This document shows, one piece after another, positions 13,155 to 26,897 of a stretch of 64,000 nt of DNA. The notes below the pieces were generated by a model that saw only the letters and a list, made by a program, of their open reading frames with translations, had not been told where the DNA came from and ran no database searches. Numbering within the stretch: the stretch's first letter is position 1; the number at the start of each line of letters is the position of its first letter. The DNA is from Leptogorgia sarmentosa (taxonomy: Eukaryota): positions 18,724,001-18,788,000 of the forward strand of contig OZ210885.1 of the NCBI GenBank assembly GCA_964658305.1. The letters run 5' to 3'. The position numbers and the translations under genes are program-made.

Positions 13155-16100
13155 TCTGAAAGTACGGACAATGATAAAAACCCGCTTGATTCAACATTCC
13201 CATCAACCTCGAAACCTGTGGACTCGGATCCGGAGAACTTGAAAAGGCCTTCTGAACCACAGGAGCCCGAAGGGTGCAAAAAAACAAAACATGATCTTGC
13301 ACAAGTAAGTGTCTTGTAGTAATTCGGTGTTTAGTTCTCTAGGATATGAGCATAAAATGTTTGATCAGATGGTAAGAAGCTAAGGAAGTTTTATTCTCTC
13401 TTGTTTTTTAGAGTATAAGATCCATACTAGACAATAATGCTAAAGGGCGAGATATTTTAGAAGAGTTGGATAGTGGAGTATTGAGTTGGAAGAAGAGAAT
13501 GAGTATGGTGCAAATCATTGTTGCCCATATGATGGACCGCTATGGAGATAGGTATGTTCATTGATTTCATACAAAGTAAATCAATATGAGGTCTACCAAA
13601 TTTGCCCAATGAAGAGTGCCAGGAAGTGAAACATGTTTACACCAATATTTTGAGAAGAGGTGTTTTTTATATTCATGTGTGTTTATTTTAATCTTAATCT
13701 TAGACCAGTCTCAGAGGTAAAGATAAAGTTAGCATGCTCTATCCTTGAAGAGTTTCCTTTTTTAAAACATGAAGAAGGACTTGGATATGTATGTTAAAAT
13801 ATCATTGGTTTTTTTTCAATGTTGGCTTTTTACTCCTGCGGTTTGAAAAATATAAAAGAGAAGTTTTTTATTGCAAAAAAAAAAAAATATATATATATAT
13901 AAGATACTGCCTCCTGGTGGAGGTAGAAAAGGAATATCAAGATAAGCATCTTTTCTTTGTCCATGGAAATATCAATATTTACAAATAATGTAAATTATGT
14001 TCATATATTCAGGAAGCCTGGTACACTCCCGGCAAAGGAATCCATTCGGCCACAGGTTGGATAGAAGAACGGTTAAGGAACGTGAGAAAGAGAAGTAAAG
14101 ATCGTATTTCCAAGACTTTGTCACAAGCCCAGGTGGAACAGTCCAAGTTAACAACTCCAACAAAGGGTTTGCCAGGTACAGGGCGAGTACGTCATTGCCA
14201 TTAAGAGTACATCTTATGCAAATGACATCCCAAAACTCACTTTGAAGCCATTCCTATTGTTTTTTATCATGCCGCCTTTTTCGCCAACTAACTTCTTATC
14301 GATTTGTCCCAACATTATATGTACTACTTCATACACAACACGAGAAAGAGCCTTTTATCATATAGATATATGATAAATCGCGATTGTTGGGGTGTATTAA
14401 ATTACTTCAAATACGCTGCATTGTAGTGGGAAGGTAATGTTCTGGTTTTAATTGTGTACTCAATGTTCGTAGGACATGATTGGGTGAACTTATATCTTGT
14501 CTTTATAATATTATATAAAGAATACCAATAAACGTGTGAAGTTATATAATGTACCATCTTAATTAGCATTCATGGTAGTTTATGACGTATTAAGCCACCT
14601 CATATGACATATTATCGTTGACATGATTCGTCAATAATCTTATGAATTATTTATGAATTCTTGAAGTTGTTATAGCAGCTCAAGGCTCAATGAAAACACG
14701 CTACAAAATAACATTCATCCATGGTTTTCTAGAATGTGATACAGAGGAAGAAGACCACCAAGAAATGAAAGAATGGTTGAAAAACCATACAGAGCCTATC
14801 ACGAAGGTGAAGAAATTTATCGAGAAAAAGGTTATTAACAGAGCAAAGTGGATAAGGGAAAATAAAGACTTGCCAATTCAATCGGTTATTACAGAATATC
14901 CCGGATTTTTCGATACACCTGGCATGGTAAGTTTTGGTTGAAATATAGTATATGTTTTATTCTACATTATGTCCCATAACAAAGACATTTGAGTTATTTA
15001 AAACCACGATTTTTAACGATTTTAACAATTTTAACGATTTTAAAGAAATGTATTATCCTGTTTCGTTTTTGAGCAACTCTCTTGAATAGGTACCATTTCA
15101 TCATTAAACAATTGCATAGCCACAAATTTTTAAAATCCTATAAAATTCAACAGATCATTAATCGACATAACGAAAATTTTAACCAGCAATTAATAATTCA
15201 CTATTGTCAAATTTTATCTTTATTTTCACCAATAGGTCGAAATCGATCTCAATATATTGTACCCAGATGTCGCAGACAATCTCTTTCTACGGTTGACGCC
15301 CGTAATCATCGACAAAATTATCATACACGCAAAATTGCGAGGAGCAAACTGGGAACTTTATCTAAACAAGACGCCCAAAAATCTGGAAACTGGTTAGCAT
15401 TGAATATGAAAACTAAATTTGTACTTTATTATTTTGCGTGTGTTATTTATATACCGGTATTATTTTTCCCTAATTAACATCCCCAGTTTATTTATATTAA
15501 TGAACTAGACAAACAAAAGAGAAATGTCGTGCTGAGTCTACTGCCAATAAATTTCGCAACTGAAAGAAACAAAACCAAAAGATGCAGCATGGATGAAGCT
15601 AAAAGTTCATTTGTTGATGTTAAACCAGTGAGTAATGTATGTTAACGAATTTAGCACCTATATACCTTTGGAAATAGATTTAGCTCTTCTCTTATTATCC
15701 AGTTTTTAAGCACCGTTTCTGCATGCATAATTTAGCGCTTTCAATTTTCATTTTGGGAGCCCCTCATTGGCTAGAGAAAATTACCCGCCCCTATACCCCC
15801 TCCTCTCTGCGGGCCTCAAAATAATTGAAGTATAATTTTGCATCTGAAATAATCGCCTTTCATCCATCTTTACTAAGTTCACTTAATAAAAGTAAAGAGT
15901 AGAACTTAAGCCCAATAGTACATGGAAGGATAACACGTATTTGGGCATAACTGATGCATTACAGTTAGAATTTCAGCATTGGTTGTTATGCTTTGAATCC
16001 GAAACTACTCTTGATAAAAAAATGTATTAAAATAAAAAATGCATAGAAACACAACCTAATTTATCATTATATTTTTCTAGATTGGAACAAACATTCCTAA

Positions 16101-16400
16101 ATACCTGGATGAAGCCAGGAGATCACCCTTTGTTCTTATCCTTGGAAACAGGGAGGCTCCTTGTCAATCTTTTGTCATTGTCGAAGGACAAGCTATTGAG
16201 CAGTCAAATTTGGTAAAGGCACTCGATGTTTGCTTTACGCTATTCTATGTCTTGGACATTCATTACCCCTGGCAATGTGCCCATGCCTGGGAGTTTGTCC
16301 AAAAATGTCTCTACGGACTGGATGACGATGAAAGAAACATACTTCATCTTCAGTAATCAGCTTGAGAGCTGCACTCAACTAATCTGTGTGGCTAATTGTA
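13155..16400 (+). pseudogene. Spliced EnSpm accessory gene (SAMD3-like family)
   Basis: Exons at about 13155-13304, 13412-13551, 13704-13788, 14013-14175 (EAWYTPG...GWIEERLRNVRKR), 14733-14926, 15236-15391, 15510-15627 and 16081-16400 (ALDVCFTLFYVLDIHYPWQC...EFVQK). Confidence 0.7.
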
Positions 16401-17429
16401 TATTAATTAAACTATAAAGTATGAGTTGATTATGTCATTTTTAAGTTCATGCAGTGTCTCTTTGTAGGATGCTAGTTCACTTATTTACGTTATCCCTAAT
16501 TATATACATATTGTTCTCAATGGGTGTTTTAGTTTGAATTCATATTAATTCTGCATTTTTTGTAGAATCAGAATTATCACTTTTGAAAGATGATGACCCG
16601 GATACCTGGGTCAATTTTGACCCTTCTAATGTCAAAATTGACCATCCCTTCGGGTTAAAAAATTAACACGGAAAACTGGGTCAAATACGTTGACCAGGAC
16701 GTCCGGGTTAATTTGACCCAACCGTCGTCGGTGGCATATTGATTAAAACCTTGGGTCAGATTTGACCCAATTTGGGTTAAATTTAACCCGGGTGTTTTTA
16801 GAGTGTATAGCTTCTCAGATGAGTTAAATACAATAAGGCCGATTTCAGTTTGAAAGACTCTATTTTATTTAAACACATTGTATCAGACGTCAGTATATTC
16901 ATTAGTATTCTACAGGATTCATACTTGTCTTGATAGTCAAACCTTTTACTATACGAGATAAAATACGAGAGATTTTTACCTTTCTCAGAGGACAACCTTA
17001 ATGCAATTAGCTATATATTAATTTATTAATCTTTAAAAATTTTTTTTCTTTGACCATCGATGCTCATTTCGTATTTGGTTTGGCTATGCGTGGTCTTCTA
17101 GAACATAGAAACGATGTCTGTAATTTGTAAATAGATGAAAGATTAATTATTTATTATTATTATAATTATTATACTGATTTAATCTTACAGTTGAAGTTAA
17201 TTAGAAGTGGAGAAGTCTAAAAAAATGAAGAAGTCATTCGAATTCATTAACTTGCTAAGTGCTTATATTGAGTTCCTTCGTGAAAAGTCGCAAAGTGTCA
17301 GATATGCGAATTTGTAGAGTTTTCCTCCATTAGCAGTTTCAAGTTTCATTTTAGTGAGTTTTATGCTAAAACACAAATTTCTAGTAGCTATTTTAGAATC
17401 AGACAAAGTGAAACCAATGAAGACATTTT

Positions 17430-18100
17430 GACACAAATGGTTGTTTAAAAATTCCAGGTTTAATTGATGGTCATTCAAAGTGTTCAACCGTTTCCCAGTT
17501 CCAAATAGCGTACTTTCTGTCTTTCCTTTTTCGTCCTGTAAGCGACAATGGAGCAGGTTCAATCCAGGAGCTTACGAGTCCTTGGAGTGAAAAAGATGCC
17601 ATCGTTGAACGAAGGAAGGGAGGAAGCAACTAGCCGAGAAGTGAACAGGTTTATGAACGATCCAAACCATCCCTGTAACAGTATTTTGGCATTGCCAAAA
17701 TTAAATAACAGTCAGTACAATCTAAGGAACATTGACCGGAATCGCAATATAACATTATCCTCAGGAACTCAAAGGCATAAACTCTCTCTGGAAAAACCTG
17801 TAAATATTTGTAAATAGTTGCCCCTCGCTTGGGATAGAAATTCCATTATTTGGCAACTTCGACACAATTAATGAATGACTAATAGTGTCAAAGGCTTTGC
17901 TAAGGTCGATGAAGATTGCTCCAGTCAGTTGACCTTTGTCAATATTTTTCATGATATTATCGAGAAAAATAGTCGAAGCGAGTTCCGTTGACCTATTGGG
18001 CCGATATCCGAATTGAAAGTCAAATAAAAGTTTGTTCTTCTCCGAATAGTTAATTATAAAATATCTAGCTAGCTTATGTAACTCCCAGTTGCCAAATATA
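17430..18100 (-). pseudogene. Minus-strand LINE RT fragments
   Basis: QFGYRPNRSTELA...FIDLSKAFDTISH (about 17830-18070) and KTESTLFGTGKRL (about 17430-17530). Confidence 0.8.
17548..17790 (+). pseudogene. 3' fragment of a different LINE ORF, opposite orientation
   Basis: EQVQSRSLRVL...PSL...DPNHP...YNLR...TQRHK resembles the C-terminus of L2/CR1-type ORF2. Confidence 0.6.
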
Positions 18101-18111
18101 GGAGCCACAGG

Positions 18112-18496
18112 GGTTGCGAGGGAACAGGTGAATACTCGAACTCAACAATTGGACCAAATCAGTTTACGATACACAGTTTAATTAAACATTTAAACAAAGT
18201 CATATAACAAACTAAATAAACAACAACAAATAGTAATATCAAACTTACGTACTTTGGTTTACACTTGTACCAAACTAGTAGCAATGTAGAAATATATAGC
18301 GATGTCTTTCAAATAACTTGCAGAGATTAACGTCTTTACTCTAACATGTTCGGAGCAATACTGCCTCACGCTATCTAACCTATCGCGAACATATGGTGCA
18401 GGTATTTCCGTCGAGGTATAAATCAAATTAACTATATTATTACGTGTACTTAACCAACAAACAAATACGTACACAAGGAACTATTATAATACTACA
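18112..18496 (-). mobile_element. Candidate solo LTR remnant
   Basis: Minus strand starts TGTAGTATTATA and ends near CCCTCGCAAC with an ATTAAA before it. No TSD confirmed. Confidence 0.3.
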
Positions 18497-18520
18497 ATAG
18501 GCGTTTCAAACCTACAGCTT

Positions 18521-18873
18521 AAATTCGTTTTCTATCTTTCGATCAGTTTCACGCTTACCCTATGTGAACCCTAGATTACTCTGCCATTGTGGCAAAATTG
18601 ACCTCAACGTGAAATAAAAGTGGTTAGATTTTATGAATCAGCCTGAAACTTTGAACATACATTAATTTCACTGAACTAAAACATTGTGCAAAATATCTAG
18701 CCGAAATTCGTTTTCTATCTTTCGGTCAGTTTCACGCTTACCCTATGTGAACCCTAGATTACTATGCCATTGTGGCAAAATTGACCTTAACGTGAAATAA
18801 AAGCGGTTAGATTTTATAAATCAGCCTGGAACTTTGAACATACATTAATTTCACGGAACTAAAACATTGTGCA
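18521..18873. repeat. 183-bp tandem duplication (2 copies, few mismatches)
   Basis: AAATTCGTTTTCTATCTTTCG...ACATTGTGCA begins at 18521 and again at 18704. Confidence 0.95.
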
Positions 18874-20626
18874 TAATAACATTCACGTTGTCGTCTATAA
18901 GATACATGCAGAAATAGTATTAAAGAATATAAAAATAAGCCGGAATATATCATAGATTAACTGACCTGCAGTGTACTACAGTTCTAATACCTTCCTAGTC
19001 CTCACCCCCCCCCATCTCGATCCCTCCCTATATCTTCTGCATTTCACGAGTTTTAGTTTAGTTTATACCTTCCAGCTGACATGAAACGGTAAAGCTTTGA
19101 GTGTCCATCTACATGGCCAGAATGCTGGTGGATTGAGCAAGGTGGGCATTCCATCCAGTTTTTACCAGCAAGTGTTTCCAATTCAAACTTGCAGAACTTC
19201 CATTCTTTAAATGCACGGTTAAACAATGTTGTATTGACCACACCACCCTAAAAATATACACGAGGAACACTCAGTCACTAAATTTACAATATTGCAGGTA
19301 CTGTAGTTAATACAGGGTATATAAAAAAGTTTTACAGTTGCATTCGTCTCAGCGGTGCATAAAATTCCTCAATATGTTGAGAGCTTGTACAAAATACTCC
19401 ATATTTTGACCTGTTCAAATAAAATTGCGTCGATAAAAACTTAATTTTGCGCGCAAGCCATTTTTAAAGTACCTATTAGCAACACATTTCCTACTCTCAA
19501 AAAGATAGATTTCAAAATAAATTTAGTGCTACGTACAGTAGATGTACAATACAAGAGGGTGCTAAATAAACATGCCAAAAACGATTTTTATACTGTAAGT
19601 CGAGTACAAAACCCTTCACAATGACTGGCAAGAACAGACATGATTTATCAACATACTGTAACATCGATCTATTGAATTAAATAGATACTTACCCTCCCTT
19701 TATTTACGGAAAATTCTTGAAGAGTCAACAAGAACGATCTTTGGGAAACACCTGGTGACAATTTTTGAAGAATATCCCAAAATTCGAAGACCTCCTGGTC
19801 ATAAACAGTTGTTATGTTGTTTGGCGTTGCAGGCCAGTAACCCATACCAATGACTGTTTTGATATTCCACCGGGAAAGAGCTAGATTGCAATTCAAACAA
19901 ACTAGCTGCCCAATTTCTATATCAAACCGACCTGCATTAAAGAAAAAAATAAAGATTTCAGTAACTAAATTTTATCATTATTACTCATGCCTACACATTA
20001 TAGTATTTCACATTCTGGAGGAAATTCATCTCAAACATTTTGAAACTTAATTGGTAGCTGATAAAACAAATTCTAAATTATTTTATTAAGATTTCTAAAT
20101 TTAAATCTTAACAAAAACAAGTATTTTTGATGAACTCCCACACTCAGAAAAATTCATTTCAAACATCTTTTAGTCCGCATGTTGAGGCACAATATCGTTC
20201 AGTTTCATTAAGCACGTCTTAGATCTGAGAAATTTTTACAAAACGTACCATTTTCGACCACGCTGATTCCGAATCTGAAGAGTTCTCAAGTCGTACACCC
20301 GCAGTTTTTTTGTATTTTCCATTTTTAATTGCCATTCGTCGAAAACAACATTCCACCATCTTTAATTTATACCGTAGCCTTTCACAGAATTCCATCAGTG
20401 ACATTCTTAAATTACACCCCAGTCCATCAATTTAATGACCGGGTAGCACTTTTGAGTGATGGAAGATAATCTTCAGGATCTCTATACCGAACTGGACAAC
20501 CCATCCCAACATATTATTTTTAAAAAAAACAAGAAAATGTAGGGTTTTTAAACTATTTTTTTAAAATGGACTTCACAATGAATAAGTTTGAATAAGTAGT
20601 GACTTCTTTAAAGTTTTCCACGTAAT

Positions 20627-23600
20627 ATGGGAGATAGCGAGGGTAGATCAGCTTGCATCATCCATTTTGACGGAAAATTTGGGCCGCAGAAAACACTATC
20701 TGATGAAACTTTGAAAACTATATGTGTGAGAAGAGAGGAATGGCCTTGCTCTTCCAGACAACAAGTGTAACATAAACCAAAAGAATATTGCAAATCAGTC
20801 TTTTGACTTTATACCTGACCACGTTAAAAATATTCGGGAGTTACAAGAGCCTGTGTTTTATCACATGTCTTGTTATTGAAGTTTTACAGATGTCTCTAAA
20901 TTGCAACGAGCTAAAAATTCTACCAAAAAGAGAACTTCTGCAGGTCTTACTCAAAATAACCCAGAAAACGAAGATACGGAGTATAGTGGTCCTGAAGAAA
21001 AGATTCAAAGTCAAGAAGACCGAGAGATCCAAATGGAACAAACGATGCTAACATTTCTACTCGAAAGTCATCGCATGTTCTTCCAGAATGTTGCTTAATA
21101 TGCAAGGAACCGGGACCAATATGTCACTGATCCAGTAAGTACTATTCAATGAAAGGCATATGCGTTTTTAATACCACATACCAACTATTTTTTATGTCTA
21201 CTTGTAGAATACGAAGAAAAGGGTTAAACAGTACCTTTCACTTGCACAGACAATTACTGCTGGACGTCTTCTAGAGGCAGCAGAACTAAAAAATGATAAC
21301 AGCATTTTGGTCGACATACGCGGGAAGGACTGTGTTGCTATGTTGCTTCATCGAAAATGTTATTACAAGTACACAAAGAATGTTTCAAATATGGACAACA
21401 AGGCCAAGACAAATTTAAGAACTTCAGTCTACAAGGCATTTGATGCTATTTGTACTAACGTAATAGATAACAGAATTATAGACGGTAAGGAAATACTCCT
21501 GTTGAGTATTATTTTGAAAAAGTTCAAAGAAGCTGTGATTCAAATCGATGTTGATTAAGACAGTAATGTCCCATACCAAGCGTCACAATTAAGGAAAAGA
21601 ATTCAATCGCGCTATCCCAACTCAATAGTGTTTCATGCGTCCAAAAACAGAAACATAGGAACACTAGTTTATTCAGCTGACCTTGTTGCTGGAGAAATAA
21701 CAGATGATGCCATGGAAATTGATCAAACTGACAGCGACGATGACGCAAACAATGACTGCTACGACGAGGAGGGTAGAAATACGGAAGATATGGAAGCACG
21801 TCAAGTGTTCAATGTAGCAATGGAAGTGAGAGGAATATTGAGGGATGCCAAAGGTGTGGCAGATTGGTCTCCTAATGCTACCGATTTGTGTCTTGTAAAT
21901 GCACTTCAATCCATACCTCATCAATTATTTAACTTTATTGCTTGGATTGTTGGATTTTCTGATGAACCAGAGTTGCAACATAAAGTTAACATACCACATG
22001 ATCAGTGCTGCAAGGTTGCTTCAATATGCCAAGATTTGATTCATGCTGAGGCAAAAGGAAGAAAGCAAACTCACAAATCATTGGCGCTTGGCATGACTGT
22101 TCGTCAGTTAACTGGATCAAGAAAGCTGATCGATATTTTGTATGGACTTGGACACACTGTTTCGTCCGACACTGTATGTACACATGATTCAGCCCTGGCT
22201 ACGCTTCAGTCGTCTGACTCTGTGATCATACCATGAAATGCGAATGTTGGCGTGTTCAGTACAATCGTATGGGACAATAACGACTTCATTGAAGAGACAG
22301 TGACGGGCAAAGGTACAACCCATGTTGTAAATGGAATCATTATCCAAAAGGGGACACTTTCACATCGCAATAAATTAATAGTAAGTAAAAAGGACCGTAC
22401 AATAAAGGCCCCTGCAACCAACATTGAACCGTATTTCAGTGCCAAGAAAGGTCTTCCATCGTTAAGGCAGTATGTTTCTGGTAACGACTTCGAGATTCAC
22501 GATGACGATTTCCTTCAAATCACAGGGAGAAATCTGGACCTAGCGTTTGTGATATGTCGAATATTCTCAACCGATATTGGATGCGTTGTTCCTGGATGGA
22601 CAGGATTCAATACAAATCTAGTCCAAGAGATTCCAGCACTATCAAACATTGGCTATCTTCCAGTAATTGACAATCCTGCAACAGATATGGCAACAATCAA
22701 CGCAATTTTGAAGAAGAGCGTTTCTATTTGTGAACGTATTCAAATTCCGGAAATTGTGGCTGTATTCGACGAAGCAATTTATGCAAAGGTGCAGATGCTG
22801 AGATGGAAAGAAGTCGAGTTTAACGCATGTGTTGTTGTGAGACTGGGAGAGTTTCACACAATCATGTCATTTTGCAGTGGAATTGGCAAAGTTTTCAAAG
22901 ACGCAGGATTGAAGGTAGGCTAAATATTTTTAATAAACACTAATTTATTGATGAAAGGTTTCTACTCCCGGCAGTCTATCAAGGTACCGGTACCGAAAAA
23001 ATTACTTGGTCGACCTTTTATTTTTGCTCAGTGACTAGGGAATTTTTAACAAGGCAATTATGGTGCTCTCTATATTTAGTCCCCCCCCCCCCTCTAAAAA
23101 GCTCCCATTTTAAGTCGAAGAACTTTATTGAGCCCCCTTAACTCTATTAATTCCCCCTCTAGGATATATAAAACAATACCCCCCGAAGCTTAATAGAGAG
23201 AATACGGTAAAAGAGGTAATTCTGTTGTGTAACATTTTTTAGGATATATTCATTGAATCTGAGGTGATTGCACCCGCTTCAGTAAAAACAGTTTTCTCAG
23301 GAAAGCATTACAACCGTTGTGTACGAGCTCACAAACTTGTATTCGAAGCAATGCAGAGACTCCGTTTACAAGCTTTCTACGAATCGTTGCAAGGGTCTGA
23401 ATCAGAGAAATTGGGCATCATTGGTGACAAATTACTTGCACATTTCGACGAGAATATGGCTCAACTTATCCCTGTCGACCAGGATTTTATGTCTTGGAAT
23501 ACTGCTTATGAATGCTTAGTCCAAAAGCGCAGTGAAGAAAGTCCAACGTTCGCATTTTGGTCTACTTACATAGAAATGGTGCAGTTATTATTGCTTTTCA

Positions 23601-26259
23601 TTCGAGCCACCAGAACTTCTGATTGGAACTTACATCTTTCAACACTTAGAACAATGATCCCATGGTTTTTTGTCACAGACAGAGTCAATTATTCGCGATA
23701 TACTCCTTGTTATTGGCTTGAAATGTCTTTGCTTGAACACACACACCCTCATGAGTATGAGTATATAGTATATTTTCATTTATACAACTTTATTTTTTCG
23801 ATAATATTCGACCCCCTTAACGTGGGTTTTAATTCATAGATATAGCCGAGAACATCGCAGACAACTGGACTGTACAGCGACAGAAAAATCATTCTTTTTC
23901 AATTATACCTTGTGACCAGACGATCGAACAGACTTTAAACAAAGACTCAAAAACCAAAGGAGGTCTTGTAGGTTTTAAGCTAAATAAAGGTGCAGTTCAT
24001 CGATGGATATTGGGGCAGAGTGAAAGATGTGCAATTTCTCGAAACTGTCAAGAAATGGCCAATATTACAGATGTTGAAAGGTATAACCTAATTTTTCACA
24101 TTGCCGATGTTGCATTTTAAAAATTTAAAATTCCAACTTTCTACAGGAAACAGAAAGACATGGACAAAACCAAGATCAAGGCGGATGCAGAGGCTGTTTC
24201 CAACATCATGGAGCTGATGAACAACACAATTAACCCTTTCGACAATGAGTATACTTCTCTTGTCCACTTGACAAGTGGGTCTGTCGCTCCAAGTAAAGTG
24301 GAATCAGACATGAAGAATATGTATCAGAAAGGTATTTATTTGTTTATTTATATTAGGCATCATTAAAATTCCATATGCGATGCATTATATGTTGTGTGTT
24401 ATATGTTATCTTATGTTGTTATGTTATGCTATGTTATGTTATGTTATGTTATTTTATGTTATGTTATCTTATCTTACGTTATCTTATCATGTTATGTTTA
24501 AGGTGAAGCAGCTGCAATTAGTTACATGGAGAACAATATACTCTCTTCAGATCCAGATATATATGCACCTATGAAGAAATTTAGTTTGCAGACATTTTCT
24601 TCCTTGGCCAAAAAAGTTTCAAGCAAGAAGAAAATTGGCGATGTTATTGAATTGAAAAATTCAATAACATCGGGGAATTATTTGCGAAAATGCTTTTGAT
24701 TGCGAGGAATAGAAAGTTGGATTTGAAGAAGTTTTGCAACACTCACTGCGACCGTTGTCACTGGCTACATTACAAGGAAACCTTGTGAAGTCAACGAAGT
24801 CAAAGTTACTTAGTATAATTGAAAATGAAGTGCAAGAAGCGTTAGTAGAACATATTGATGGTGAAAATGCTCTGATCATCGACGCCATGGCACTACTTCA
24901 GTCAATGAATATTAGATCAACAACATTTGGTGAGTTAGCCCTAGAAATTTTGACAAGAATTGTCCAAATGGCAAGCTTTTGAAATTCCAAGAGAGTTGAT
25001 TTGGTTTGTGATCGCTACCCAGACCATAGCATCAAAAACCTCGAACGAATTAAACATAGTCGGGGGGGGGGGGGGGGAGTATGCTCTCTGTCAAGATATA
25101 CGGTAGCCAGAGAAGATCCCATGTCAATGGAAAAACCCTCTCGCAGTCGGGAAAAATAAGGAAGAAATCATGGAGTTTCTTTTCAATTCATGGAGTAAGA
25201 TTGATGTTCTTACTCTTCGAGGGATAGAACTTTTTACCACCCACAAGGAACAGTGCCATTGCTTGTTTGAATCCCAAGGGGGTATTATATGCTCCAAAGT
25301 TGACGCGCTAACATCCAACCACGAAGAAGCAGATACGAGAATGCTATGCCATGCTTTACATGCATCGACGAACTACCCCAGCGTGATTATCAAGAGCCCC
25401 GATACTGACGTCTTTTCATTGCATTGAATGCCAGCTCCGTTATCCTGTCAAATGTGTACTTCGAGACTGGAAATCAAAAGAATCTGAGAATCATATCCCT
25501 CAACAAGGTTAAACTTCATTACGGGCCTCAGTGGTGCTCTGCTTTTGTTGGACTACACAGTTTCACTGGTACGTGCTTAGAAAGAATGCCGTTCGTAATA
25601 ATATGGTTTTCGAATAATATTTAATATAATATTCTTTTCATTTAGGATGTGACAGTACAAGTTCCTTTTATGGGAAAGGTAAGGCCACAGCACTCAAAGT
25701 GGCACGAAGCAAAGATGAGCACGCCAACACTTTTGTAAATTTAGGAGTTTGCATACCATCACCCAAAAAATTAATTGACGAGCTCGTGAAATATGTGTGC
25801 CATCTTTATGGTTACGAAAACGAGTCAGATGTGAACCTAGTCAGATATCATGCATTCAAATCAGGAAAATTTGAAGAAGAATTGCTACCTCCAAACACCG
25901 ACTCCCTTAGGATGCATATTAACCGTGCAGCATACCAGTGCCACATTTGGAGAAATGCAACATTGCCTGATTTCAACACTGGAAGTTTCACTGAGCGTGG
26001 GTGGGGAATTGACAAGGACGGAGTAGTCTATGTTAAATGGATGAATCTTCCCCCTGCTCCCGAATCAATCCTGGAACTGGTGAATTGTAAATGTACCAAG
26101 GGGTGTGGTAATAATCGCTGTTCATGTCGGAAATCTTCCCTTGAATGTACTGAACTATGCAAATGCCATGATTGTCAAAATAGAGATGATGCTAACGATG
26201 AGCCTGATGATTCAGATTCTTACGATTGTTCCCAGTCAAGTGAGAGTGACGAAGATTAA
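20627..26259 (+). pseudogene. Academ transposase with XPG/PIN-like nuclease and C-terminal tesmin-like CXC cluster
   Basis: WDNNDFIEETVTGKGTTH, PGWTGFN, FDEAIYAK, RLGEFH, GKHYNR, DQTIEQT, HEEADTR...SPDTDV, HSFTG|CD, CKCTKGCGNNRCSC...CTELCKC. Multiple introns, stops and frameshifts. Confidence 0.88.
24385..24499. repeat. (TTATG)n microsatellite in an Academ intron
   Basis: Degenerate pentamer run. Confidence 0.9.
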
Positions 26260-26897
26260 CTTTTGGTGAGTGACGCATAAATAATTTTGTGTTACCTTCT
26301 GTTAGTTCTACGCACATAGAGATAACAATGATAGTTTTGGATGAATTTAGCGAATAGCGAGAATAGTTGGATGCGTATGATAGTTGACTGATGCGTTATT
26401 GTAAAAGTTCGAAAGTTAGTTGTATATCATGGATATACTACAGGTCTGAACAACAGAGATTATTCTTTTTCAGATTAGTTGAATCTCAAAATGTATACAA
26501 CTTTAGATCCAATATAGACTTAATTTAATGAAACATATTTTCTGATGTTTTTCATGATGATAGAATAATTGCCATCCAGTTATGGTATTTATAGGCGTCC
26601 AAAGCCGTCAAAATTACGAACACGTAAAAAATATATCCATGCGTTCAGAAAATATTCGAACACTCCGACTCAAAACTCCAATACTCTCGATCAACATATG
26701 AACACCATAAATCCAAAACCAAATGTCGTGTACAAAATTTAAACGCAATAATTCGACATTCCAGAAATTCCAAGTTCCACTCACAAAATATTCGAAAATA
26801 AAGCTTTAATTTATGCAGCTATTTATATATTTCTGCTAATGATGCAGGGGGGGGGGGGTTGGGACGAACAGAAAAGCATTGAGCTAAAAAAAATAAG

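Larger units (their letters stand above)
9529..16805 (+). mobile_element. Full-length EnSpm/CACTA (CMC) DNA transposon, 7277 bp
   Basis: Termini CACTCTAAAAACA / TGTTTTTAGAGTG, flanked by TA on both sides; GGGTCAA/TTGACCC subterminal repeats at both ends; internal transposase. Confidence 0.92.

Noticed and set aside
18521..18873. CRISPR-like or satellite array
   Set aside because: Only two contiguous copies, no spacers, eukaryotic context.
22985..23210. MITE in an Academ intron ending ATACGGTA
   Set aside because: The left end does not match convincingly.
26080..26180. Host tesmin/LIN54 gene
   Set aside because: The CXC cluster is the normal C-terminus of the Academ protein and lies inside its TIRs.
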